DNA of 53,044 nucleotides from a virus (lineage: Duplodnaviria; Caudoviricetes). The notes under the pieces were generated by a model that worked only from the letters and a program-made list of their open reading frames with translations, did not search any database and had not been told where the DNA came from. The number at the start of each line of letters is the position of its first letter. Within the stretch, counting starts at the first letter, position 1. The stretch is from IMG/VR virus record IMGVR_UViG_3300023109_001242, positions 1 through 53,044 of that record, one strand, 5' to 3'. This document shows, one piece after another, positions 1 through 8,217 of the stretch. A program made the translations under genes and the position numbers.

Positions 1-1
1 C

Positions 2-292
2 TGTTGGAAGATCTTGATTATCTATAATGTGATCAGAAACATTCTTAATTGCTGTTTTCAAAAGAGATCGACACGGTTCGATCATAAAGACACGCTTAGC
101 TCCAGCGTCAAGTGATTTAGCTGAGAACATTCCTATACCTGCGCCAATGTCAACGACGACATCACCAGGTAATACTTCGTACCACCAGTCGTAATCTTTA
201 GTATGGAAAAAGATGTTATAAAGACTTTGTACGTCGTTCATTGATAGGTCAGCTGTGTCGACTTCAAAGTTAAGAGATTTAGGTTTTAGCAT
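2..292 (-). CDS. Class I SAM-dependent methyltransferase (FkbM-like), N-terminal part; runs off the window edge
   Basis: Not in ORF track. Manual translation from ATG at 292: MLKPKSLNFEVDTADLSMNDVQSLYNIFFHTKDYDWWYEVLPGDVVVDIGAGIGMFSAKSLDAGAKRVFMIEP..., containing motif I VVVDIGAGIG and motif II VFMIEP. Confidence 0.8.
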   Translation of the reverse strand, partial: MLKPKSLNFEVDTADLSMNDVQSLYNIFFHTKDYDWWYEVLPGDVVVDIGAGIGMFSAKSLDAGAKRVFMIEPCRSLLKTAIKNVSDHIIDNQDLPT

Positions 293-309
293 GATATAGT
301 CACCGTGTT

Positions 310-317
310 TATAAATA
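310..317 (+). promoter_or_regulatory. T4-type late promoter TATAAATA upstream of gp3
   Basis: Exact gp55-dependent consensus about 30 nt upstream of a structural gene. Confidence 0.75.
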
Positions 318-349
318 AATAGTATATAACAATTGCTTGGATATACTCT

Positions 350-838
350 ATGATTAATAACTATTTATCTGCTAGTGGCTTTAAAATACAGGTCAAAAGG
401 CTACCCACCGTGGAATTCTTTTCCAATAAGGTCTTATTGCCTTCTGTAACCACAAACTCAGTTAAGAGTGACACACCTCTAAGCGCGTTCTATAGTGTTG
501 GTGATCATCTTAGTTACGCTGATTTAGATTTGACATTTATCGTAGATGAAAATATGAATAACTATATTGAAATTTATAATTGGGTCAAAGCCTTCGGTAC
601 TCCAGAAACTTTAGATTCATATAATAAATTAAACAAAAGCAAAGATGGTCTGACTTCAGATATTTCTGTGATCATATTAAACTCACATAAAAATCCAAAT
701 ATTGAAGTTACTTTCTTAAACGCTTTCCCTGTTGGTATTACACCTGTAAGTTTAGACTTATCTAACCAAGACGTAACCTACGTCGAAGCAACAGTTACTC
801 TTAGATACGACCGATTTAATATAAATCAATTAGCCTAA
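350..838 (+). CDS. gp3: Tail completion / tube terminator protein (T4 gp3-like)
   Basis: NYLSASGFK...LPTVEFF...LTFIVDENMNNYIEIYNW...F.NAFP pattern; conserved gp3-uvsY-uvsW-gp55 order. Confidence 0.85.
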   Translation: MINNYLSASGFKIQVKRLPTVEFFSNKVLLPSVTTNSVKSDTPLSAFYSVGDHLSYADLDLTFIVDENMNNYIEIYNWVKAFGTPETLDSYNKLNKSKDGLTSDISVIILNSHKNPNIEVTFLNAFPVGITPVSLDLSNQDVTYVEATVTLRYDRFNINQLA

Positions 839-842
839 GGGG

Positions 843-871
843 TTGACAAATCACTATAAACGTGATATAAT
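843..871 (+). promoter_or_regulatory. Sigma70-type early promoter for uvsY
   Basis: TTGACA(843-848)-N17-TATAAT(866-871) with extended -10 TGn. Confidence 0.85.
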
Positions 872-903
872 ATACCTTTATTGTTAACAACCGAGTTTAT
901 ATA

Positions 904-1341
904 ATGGATACAAATGACATAGCCACTTTATGGGCAAACGATTCAATCATAGATGAAACAAATCTAGTTGGTGAGTCTAAAAGAATTCCTCAATTACACA
1001 GCAAATACTACAATCTCTTTTATAGAGAAGTACTTCGTGTTAAAAAATTAAAAGCCGAATATAAAGACCTCGAGTCTCGTAAGCGAGATTATTACGATGG
1101 CTCTATGGCTGAAGAAGATTTAAAAGATAATGGTTGGAAGCCATATCAGAAAAAAGTACTGCGTAACGAAGTAGATAAATATATACAGAGCGATAAGGAT
1201 ATTATTAAATTAAGTTTGACTATTGACTATCACACAGCAAATTCAAACTATCTTGAAGATATTATTAGAACTCTACACAGCAGAAACTTTATAATTAAAA
1301 ACATGATTGACATGTTGAAATTTCAGGCAGGTGACTACTAA
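904..1341 (+). CDS. uvsY: Recombination mediator UvsY
   Basis: DSIIDETNL..ES.RIPQLHSKY...YIQSDKDI...LEDIIR..HSRNF.IKN.ID..KF.AG pattern; synteny. Confidence 0.85.
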   Translation: MDTNDIATLWANDSIIDETNLVGESKRIPQLHSKYYNLFYREVLRVKKLKAEYKDLESRKRDYYDGSMAEEDLKDNGWKPYQKKVLRNEVDKYIQSDKDIIKLSLTIDYHTANSNYLEDIIRTLHSRNFIIKNMIDMLKFQAGDY

Positions 1342-1346
1342 AGATT

Positions 1347-1625
1347 ATGGAATGGTTTACACGATTTATAGAATATGGCTTCAGAAAAGAAGCCGACAAA
1401 CAGTGGGAAAAAACACAAGCTACTCTTACTGAACAAGCTCTAAATCGTGCAGCAGAACCAAAGGTCATTGATATGATGGCCGACGATACTGATCCAGAAG
1501 AAGTCACTATAGAAAATGCATATAAGACAAGGTGGATTTGGTACCATACTATATTAGCGATCGGGATATTCTTTACGAATGTTCTACTGATCTCAATATT
1601 AGTATTACTAGCAATTAAATTATGA
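1347..1625 (+). CDS. Hypothetical membrane protein with a C-terminal TM helix
   Basis: Fills the uvsY-uvsW gap with ATGA overlap to uvsW; hydrophobic C-terminus ILAIGIFFTNVLLISILVLLAIKL. Confidence 0.65.
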   Translation: MEWFTRFIEYGFRKEADKQWEKTQATLTEQALNRAAEPKVIDMMADDTDPEEVTIENAYKTRWIWYHTILAIGIFFTNVLLISILVLLAIKL

Positions 1626-3112
1626 GCGAACAGATAACGATCGAGCCGATTAATTCGGTTCATATGAAAATTGTCGCAGACAGTGGCACACTCATGGAAT
1701 TAGCCGAACACTTCTCTTTCAGACCTGAAGGCTATCAGTTCGTACCTGCTTATAAAAATCGAGTATGGGATGGTATCATTAGACTATTCCAACCAATGAG
1801 ACCAATACTCTTTGTTGGCCTTTACCCACATGTTAAAAAATTCTGTGACGATCGTGGATATTTCTTATCTGCACCAGATCATATTGGAATGGACGAGGAA
1901 TTTGATGATGATTATCCTACTCAACTCGCTGAAGAAATTAATTGTAAATTTACACCAAGAGATTATCAAGCACAATATGTACTTAACGCATTGCGTAAAC
2001 GCAGATCTCTATCTCTATCACCGACATCATCTGGTAAGTCTTTAATCATTTATTTGATACAACAACATTACTTTCAAGCATTCGGCCATAGAACACTTAT
2101 TATCGTTCCGACAATCTCTTTAGTACACCAAATGAAAGGTGACTTTGTAGATTATGGTTGTGATGAGAATGATATCTATACTATTCAAGGTGGTGTAGAT
2201 AAAAACACAAGCTCACCGATTGTCATATCTACATGGCAGTCACTAGTCAAATTAGGAAAAGAATGGTTCGATCAGTTCTCAGTTGTACTTGGAGATGAAG
2301 CTCATACCTTCCAAGCAAAAAGTTTAACTAAGATTATGGAATCATTAACCGATTGTGAGTACAGACATGGATTCACTGGTACACTCAAATCAACTGAAAG
2401 TAAAACTCATAGGTTAGTACTTGAAGGATGTTTTGGTGAGGTTAAACGATTTGTGAATACAAAAGAACTCATGGATAAAGGAACCGTTGCTGATTTTAAA
2501 GTGAAGGCGATCGTCCTATCACATAGTAACGAAACACGTAAAAAATTCAAAGACGCTCTCAAAAATTTAGATGGAACAAAGAAATGGCCAGCTGAACGAG
2601 AGTTTATTGTTAACAACGAAAAGAGAAACAAATTCATTGCTAATCTCGTCCATAGTTTGGAAGGGCAGAATAATTTGATTCTATTTGATTTAGTTGAGAA
2701 GCACGGTAAGGTATTACAACCAATGCTTGAAAAAGAAGGTCGTATACTACACTTCATATATGGTGGAACTAAGGGTACTGAAAGAGAAGACATCAGACAC
2801 TTAGTTGAAAATGACAAAGAGAAGCGACATAACATACTTGCTTCTTATGGTGTATTCTCTACAGGTGTTAATTTAAAAAGACTTGATAACGTGATTTTTG
2901 CTTCAGGCTCTAAGTCTGAAATCAAAGTGCTTCAGTCAATTGGTAGAACTTTGCGAAAGGCTGATGATTCTGAAGAAGCGACTTTATACGATATAACTGA
3001 CGACCTATCGGTCGGCTCTTTCGAGAACTACACGTTGAAACATTTTAAGAAGAGAATTGATATCTACGGAACAGAACAATTTGCTTATAAGATTTATACT
3101 ATTGAGGTTTGA
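1622..3112 (+). CDS. uvsW: SF2 DNA/RNA-DNA helicase UvsW
   Basis: Walker A SPTSSGKS, DEAH box, GFTGT, QSIGRTLR motif VI. Confidence 0.95.
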   Translation: MSEQITIEPINSVHMKIVADSGTLMELAEHFSFRPEGYQFVPAYKNRVWDGIIRLFQPMRPILFVGLYPHVKKFCDDRGYFLSAPDHIGMDEEFDDDYPTQLAEEINCKFTPRDYQAQYVLNALRKRRSLSLSPTSSGKSLIIYLIQQHYFQAFGHRTLIIVPTISLVHQMKGDFVDYGCDENDIYTIQGGVDKNTSSPIVISTWQSLVKLGKEWFDQFSVVLGDEAHTFQAKSLTKIMESLTDCEYRHGFTGTLKSTESKTHRLVLEGCFGEVKRFVNTKELMDKGTVADFKVKAIVLSHSNETRKKFKDALKNLDGTKKWPAEREFIVNNEKRNKFIANLVHSLEGQNNLILFDLVEKHGKVLQPMLEKEGRILHFIYGGTKGTEREDIRHLVENDKEKRHNILASYGVFSTGVNLKRLDNVIFASGSKSEIKVLQSIGRTLRKADDSEEATLYDITDDLSVGSFENYTLKHFKKRIDIYGTEQFAYKIYTIEV

Positions 3113-3151
3113 TTAACAACATCATTATATACCTTAAAGGTTGATAACCTT

Positions 3152-3180
3152 ATTATACCATACTTTGCACCTCTTGTCAA
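3152..3180 (-). promoter_or_regulatory. Sigma70-type promoter on the minus strand, pointing antisense into uvsW
   Basis: Reverse complement reads AAAAAAAGGG-TTGACA-N17-TATAAT-A with TGn extension, the same layout as the plus-strand promoters. Confidence 0.7.
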
Positions 3181-3229
3181 CCCTTTTTTTAAAAATAATT
3201 AAAATAATTTCACAAAGTTGAAATAAAGG

Positions 3230-3258
3230 TTGACAAACCTCTTAAAGTAGTATATAAT
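3230..3258 (+). promoter_or_regulatory. Sigma70-type early promoter for gp55
   Basis: TTGACA(3230-3235)-N17-TATAAT(3253-3258). Confidence 0.85.
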
Positions 3259-3294
3259 TATACCTTTAATAGTAACAACTACAAGGAATTCATC

Positions 3295-3792
3295 ATGGCG
3301 AGAAAACGCAACTATGTGAACAATCCTGACTTACTTGCCGCATTGATAGCTTATAAAGAGCTATGTAAAGAAGCAGAAGACGCAGGAGAAAAGAACCCTC
3401 AAGTACCTGAATACATTGGAAAGTGTATTTTGTTGATAGCCACTCGGTTAGCGACTAAACCCAATTTCTCAGGATATTCATACAAAGAAGAAATGATTTC
3501 GGATGGTATTGAAAACTGTTTACAGTACATTCATAACTTTAACCCTGAAAAATCTCATAATCCATTTGCTTATTTTACACAGATTATCTGGTTTGCATTT
3601 CTAAGACGAATACAAAAAGAGAAGAAGCAGACTTATATCAAGTTTAAAGCTTCTCAAAACATGTTAACTCAAAGCATACTTCAGGATAGTGATAGTCAAA
3701 CTATTACAATGAATGAGCCGCCTGAGTACATATCAAGATTCATAGACGAATTTGAAAAGAAATTTAAGAAACCACCTGCGGAGAAAAAGTGA
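3295..3792 (+). CDS. gp55: Late-transcription sigma factor gp55
   Basis: YVNN..LL...YIGKC...IA..LA.KPNF.GYSYKEEMISDGIENCLQYIHNFNPEKS.NPFAYFTQII..AFLRRIQKEKKQ signature. Confidence 0.95.
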   Translation: MARKRNYVNNPDLLAALIAYKELCKEAEDAGEKNPQVPEYIGKCILLIATRLATKPNFSGYSYKEEMISDGIENCLQYIHNFNPEKSHNPFAYFTQIIWFAFLRRIQKEKKQTYIKFKASQNMLTQSILQDSDSQTITMNEPPEYISRFIDEFEKKFKKPPAEKK

Positions 3793-4205
3793 AGAAGATA
3801 CTAATATTCGGTTTGCCTGGAAGTGGTAAGAGTTATCTTGCCGAACCATTAGCAGCTGAGCTTGGCGGAGTCTGGATAAATGCAGACCAAGTACGTGGAC
3901 ATTATGACGACTGGGACTTCAGTGATGAAGGCCGAATGAGACAAGCAATGAGAATGAAATTCTTATCAGATGGAGTAGTCCGTGCTGGTAAGTATGCTAT
4001 TACAGATTTTGTTTGTCCATTCCAAAATGCTAGAAGTGATTTTCAGCCAGACTATTCAGTTTGGATGGATACTATTGAAGAAGGCAGATACGAAGATACT
4101 AATAAGATCTTTGAGAAGCCTGCTGAAGTAGATCATATCATACACACATGGCGAAAAGACGTACACGTTACTCTTGCAGCTATCATTAGAGCGAAGTATG
4201 AGTGA
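3789..4205 (+). CDS. Adenylylsulfate-kinase-like P-loop kinase (short CysC-like)
   Basis: GLPGSGKS P-loop, NADQVR, DFSDEGRMRQA, DFVCP motifs; GTG start overlapping the gp55 stop. Confidence 0.7.
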   Translation: MKKILIFGLPGSGKSYLAEPLAAELGGVWINADQVRGHYDDWDFSDEGRMRQAMRMKFLSDGVVRAGKYAITDFVCPFQNARSDFQPDYSVWMDTIEEGRYEDTNKIFEKPAEVDHIIHTWRKDVHVTLAAIIRAKYE

Positions 4206-4416
4206 AGTAACAAAGAAAAGACATTTAGCTAAAGCAGTAACATGGAGAATTATAGCAAGTATTACCACAGCAGCAATTGCACTATATTTTGGATTACCTC
4301 AGAAAGCAGTCGGAGCTGTATTTCTTGCTGATATAATAATAAAGTTCGTATTATACTATGGCCACGAAAGGCTTTGGTATAATCATATTAAATATGGAGT
4401 AAAACAAGATGATTGA
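4198..4416 (+). CDS. Small membrane protein (DUF2061-like)
   Basis: KRHLAKAVTWRII...K.VLYYGHERLW pattern; start revised to ATG 4198. Confidence 0.7.
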   Translation: MSEVTKKRHLAKAVTWRIIASITTAAIALYFGLPQKAVGAVFLADIIIKFVLYYGHERLWYNHIKYGVKQDD

Positions 4417-4834
4417 TTATGAAACAGCCTTTGATTACAAAAAACCTTCGGTGCAAATGTTGGGCAGATGGCAGCCATGGCATGACGGCCACACAAAATT
4501 ATTTAAAAAAGCCTTGACAATCACGGGACAAGTTGTTATAATGGTACGTGACGTGTTTAAATTTGACGGTGACGCTGGAGCAGGACGTACAACCACACAG
4601 GACGATAATCCTTTTGGTATGATCCAAACTATTGAAGGCATTGAAGCTGGACTGAGAGAACATGGTTATGAAAATGGTCGTGAGTATCTGATACTTGAAG
4701 TACCAAACATCGTTGACATTAGTTATGGTCGAGGTGTTGGTTATACATTTACAGAGCACGACTTGGGTGAAGAAACGCATGCGATATCAGCAACTGCTAT
4801 TCGTGCACAAATGAGAGAAGAAGGTAAATTATGA
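4409..4834 (+). CDS. HxGH-family nucleotidyltransferase (cytidylyltransferase-like)
   Basis: MLGRWQPWHDGH, DNPF and C-terminal ISATAIR motifs. Confidence 0.75.
   Translation: MIDYETAFDYKKPSVQMLGRWQPWHDGHTKLFKKALTITGQVVIMVRDVFKFDGDAGAGRTTTQDDNPFGMIQTIEGIEAGLREHGYENGREYLILEVPNIVDISYGRGVGYTFTEHDLGEETHAISATAIRAQMREEGKL
4514..4542 (+). promoter_or_regulatory. Sigma70-type promoter embedded in the nucleotidyltransferase CDS
   Basis: TTGACA(4514-4519)-N17-TATAAT(4537-4542) with TGn extension; would serve def-gp47-gp46. Confidence 0.65.
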
Positions 4835-5388
4835 AATTAGTATCTAACAAGGACGAAATCTTAGCTACAGGACTCGAGCCATTTGACTTTGAAAGTGTCG
4901 ACGCGGTCGACATAAAGAAATCACTTGTCGACATAATGATAAAACATAAAGGTGTTGGCCTATCTGCGAACCAAGTTGGCCTCAATTACAGGTGTTTTGT
5001 AATGGGTGAGAGCAAAGAAGCTGCCATTATGGTAATCAATCCTGAGATCCATGGATATGGTGAAGAACAAGATTGTGAAGTTGAAGGTTGTTTAAGTTTT
5101 CCAGATGTGTTCGTTAAGATCACAAGACCCACTTCAGTACAAGCTAAATGGTACGATGAGCACGGTGAAGAACAAGGTGGTATACTTGAAGGGTATGGAG
5201 CTAGAGTCTTTATGCATGAGTTTGACCACTTAAACGGAGTCGTATACCGAGACAAAGTATCTCGTCTCAAATGGGAACGCGCTCTTAAAAAGAGAGATAA
5301 AATACAGAAGCAGCGAAAGCAAATGGTTGAGTACATGCACAAAGCGCAAGCAGCAATTAACCAAGCTCAGTCTGCTCAAAAGGACTAA
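4831..5388 (+). CDS. def: Peptide deformylase
   Basis: GVGLSANQVG, EGCLS and HEFDHLNG motifs. Confidence 0.93.
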   Translation: MKLVSNKDEILATGLEPFDFESVDAVDIKKSLVDIMIKHKGVGLSANQVGLNYRCFVMGESKEAAIMVINPEIHGYGEEQDCEVEGCLSFPDVFVKITRPTSVQAKWYDEHGEEQGGILEGYGARVFMHEFDHLNGVVYRDKVSRLKWERALKKRDKIQKQRKQMVEYMHKAQAAINQAQSAQKD

Positions 5389-5389
5389 T

Positions 5390-6451
5390 ATGAAAATTGC
5401 AATCGTCACTGATCTACATTTCGGTGCAAGAGGAGACAGCCGTGTATTCCATGAAGTACAACGAAAATTCTTTGAGGAAGTATTCTTTCCTTACATTGAT
5501 GAACATAATATCACAACAGTATTTGATCTTGGTGATACTTTTGATAGACGTAAGTATGTAAACTTTGTTAGTCTACAAAGGTGTAGAGAATTCTTTTTCC
5601 AAAATCTAGCTGATCGTGATATTGATTTTCATTGTCTTATTGGTAACCACGATATCTATTATACGAACACAAATGAAATCAATAGTATGAGCTTACTACT
5701 TAATGATTTCAAACAATTTAATTTATATGAAGATAAAGCAGAACACGTTACGTTAGGTTCTACTACATTCTTAATGCTTCCTTGGATTAATAAAGAGAAT
5801 GCAGAGTACAACCATAAGATGTTAGCTGAAAGCAAAGCTGATGTTGTAATGGGTCACCTTGAAGTCAAAGGCTTTGAGATGCTTAAAGGAGTACCATGTA
5901 CTCACGGTACTGAGATGAATGTATTTAAGAACTTTGAAGATGTTTACTCTGGTCACTTCCACCATCCATCACGGTATGGTAACATCGAATATCTCGGAGC
6001 TCCTTATGAAATGACATGGTCAGATTATAATGGCAGTCGTGGGTTCCACGTATTTGATACTGAAGATCGTACTATGACTAAGTATGAAAATCCTAACAAA
6101 GTGTTCTATAAAATAGATTATGACGATTCAGACTGGACAGTAGATGACGTAGCTAATTTTGACGTTGATCGCTATAAAGATACATTTGTTAAAGTCATAG
6201 TTAAAAATCGCACCAACGCGTATTTGTATGATCTCTTTATGAGTCGTATGAGTGAATGTGGTGCAGTCGATGTAAAAGCAATCGATGATAATTTAAACTT
6301 GGAAGGTGCTGGTGTCGACGAGATACTTGACGAGACAAAAGATACTGGTGAGATCCTTCATCAATATATAGATAGCATAGAAACCCAAGTTGATAAATCA
6401 CGAGTAAAACAAGTTATCGACGACCTATATCATGAGGCCCTTAGTTTATAA
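5390..6451 (+). CDS. gp47: Recombination endonuclease subunit (Mre11/SbcD-like)
   Basis: DLHFG, DLGDTFD, GNHD and SGHFH metallophosphoesterase motifs; start revised to ATG 5390 after AGGA. Confidence 0.93.
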   Translation: MKIAIVTDLHFGARGDSRVFHEVQRKFFEEVFFPYIDEHNITTVFDLGDTFDRRKYVNFVSLQRCREFFFQNLADRDIDFHCLIGNHDIYYTNTNEINSMSLLLNDFKQFNLYEDKAEHVTLGSTTFLMLPWINKENAEYNHKMLAESKADVVMGHLEVKGFEMLKGVPCTHGTEMNVFKNFEDVYSGHFHHPSRYGNIEYLGAPYEMTWSDYNGSRGFHVFDTEDRTMTKYENPNKVFYKIDYDDSDWTVDDVANFDVDRYKDTFVKVIVKNRTNAYLYDLFMSRMSECGAVDVKAIDDNLNLEGAGVDEILDETKDTGEILHQYIDSIETQVDKSRVKQVIDDLYHEALSL

Positions 6452-8160
6452 TGAGAATTACATTCAAGCAGATAAAGTATAAGAATATTTTATCAACAGG
6501 AAATACGTTTACAACGATCAACTTTAATGACAAACCAACTACTCTTGTGAGTGGTACTAACGGTGCTGGTAAATCTACACTACTTGACGCTATTGTTTAT
6601 GGTTTATACGATAGACCTTTCCGTAAGATCAATAAAGTGCAGCTGATTAATACAATCAATACTAAAGAGTTATTGGTTGAGTTATACTTTACAGCTGGTG
6701 GTAACAACTATATGATTCGTAGAGGTATGAGACCAGCTATATTTGAAATATGGAAAGATGGTCTAATGATTAACCAAGACGCTGCTAAGAAAGATTACCA
6801 AGAATTCTTAGAGCAATCTATCCTTGGAATTAATTATAGATCATTCAATCAAATTGTTGTATTGGGTTCAGCTACCTATATTCCTTTTATGGAACTCAAT
6901 GCAGGTCAGCGTCGTATTATTATCGAAGACTTACTTGATATCCAAGTGTTTAGTACTATGGGTATACTTGCTAAGAATAGTATGAACGAAAACAAAGATG
7001 ATATCAATGACAATGCTTATAAGATTGAGATCATCGAAAACAAAATTGACAGCGCCAAAGAAAACAATAACGAAATACGTAAGATTAAGGAAACAGAAGT
7101 ATCCAAAATCAAAGAGCGTATGGGAGTAGAGATTGAAACTGTAGAAGGTAAGAATAATCTTATTGATACTCAAGATGAGATTATTAAAGTACTCTATGAT
7201 GATATCTCTGATAAGCCTGATGAGAAACAAAAGTTTACTGAAGCGACTGAACAAAGAGCCGAACTCGAAAGAAACAGAATAACATTTGAAAAAGAACTAT
7301 CGTTCTATGAACACAACGACGACTGTCCAACGTGTAAACAAGGTATTGCTCACGACTTTAAATCTGATCAAATCAATGAAAAGAACAAACTCAAATCAGA
7401 TATAGAACAAGGTTTAGTTAACATAGCTAGTACTATTAAAAAGCACCAGACAAGACTGAACTCAATATCTAAAATTGAAGAACAAATACAACAAGTAAAC
7501 TTTAAGATCTCAGAATATCGTGCTGAAATCAAAATGTCTAAGAACGCTTTACGTTCTATGAAAGGCGAACTTGATGCTGCACAAAAAGAGGTTGAAGAAG
7601 TTGACACATCTAAGCTGCAAAAGCTTGAAGAGTCCATTGAGAAGAAAACTAAAGAACGTACAGAACTGCTTGAAGAGCGTGAGATATTGAATGTTGTTCG
7701 TACTATACTACAAGATGGTGGCATCAAAGCACGTATCATCAGTCAGTATATTCCCGTTATGAACAAGCTTATCAACAAGTACTTGGCTGCGTTTGATCTC
7801 TTTGTTGACTTCCAACTCGATGAGAACTTTAATGAGATTATCAAATCACGTTTCAGAGATAAGTTCTCTTATGCTTCTTTCTCAGAAGGTGAGAAGTTAC
7901 GTATCACACTTGCAATTATGTTAACATGGCGATCAGTCGCTAAGCTACGTAATTCAGTATCTACCAACCTTCTGATACTTGACGAAACACTTGATGGTGC
8001 ACTTGACGGTGTAGGTATCGAGAGTTTAATTGAAACGTTACACAGTCTGAATGCTGATGATAACGTATTTGTTATATCACACAGAGGCGATCAGTTCGCC
8101 GAGAAGTTTGATACTTCTATCACATTTGCGAAGGTGAAAAACTTCAGTGAGATTGTATAA
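6451..8160 (+). CDS. gp46: Recombination ATPase subunit (Rad50/SbcC-like)
   Basis: GTNGAGKS, CPTC zinc hook, FSEGEK signature, LILDE Walker B. Confidence 0.95.
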   Translation: MRITFKQIKYKNILSTGNTFTTINFNDKPTTLVSGTNGAGKSTLLDAIVYGLYDRPFRKINKVQLINTINTKELLVELYFTAGGNNYMIRRGMRPAIFEIWKDGLMINQDAAKKDYQEFLEQSILGINYRSFNQIVVLGSATYIPFMELNAGQRRIIIEDLLDIQVFSTMGILAKNSMNENKDDINDNAYKIEIIENKIDSAKENNNEIRKIKETEVSKIKERMGVEIETVEGKNNLIDTQDEIIKVLYDDISDKPDEKQKFTEATEQRAELERNRITFEKELSFYEHNDDCPTCKQGIAHDFKSDQINEKNKLKSDIEQGLVNIASTIKKHQTRLNSISKIEEQIQQVNFKISEYRAEIKMSKNALRSMKGELDAAQKEVEEVDTSKLQKLEESIEKKTKERTELLEEREILNVVRTILQDGGIKARIISQYIPVMNKLINKYLAAFDLFVDFQLDENFNEIIKSRFRDKFSYASFSEGEKLRITLAIMLTWRSVAKLRNSVSTNLLILDETLDGALDGVGIESLIETLHSLNADDNVFVISHRGDQFAEKFDTSITFAKVKNFSEIV

Positions 8161-8165
8161 AAAGG

Positions 8166-8194
8166 TTGACAATGACCTACAACTGTGATATAAT
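8166..8194 (+). promoter_or_regulatory. Sigma70-type early promoter for gp43
   Basis: TTGACA(8166-8171)-N17-TATAAT(8189-8194), extended -10. Confidence 0.85.
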
Positions 8195-8217
8195 ATACCC
8201 TTACAATATGGAAAAAT

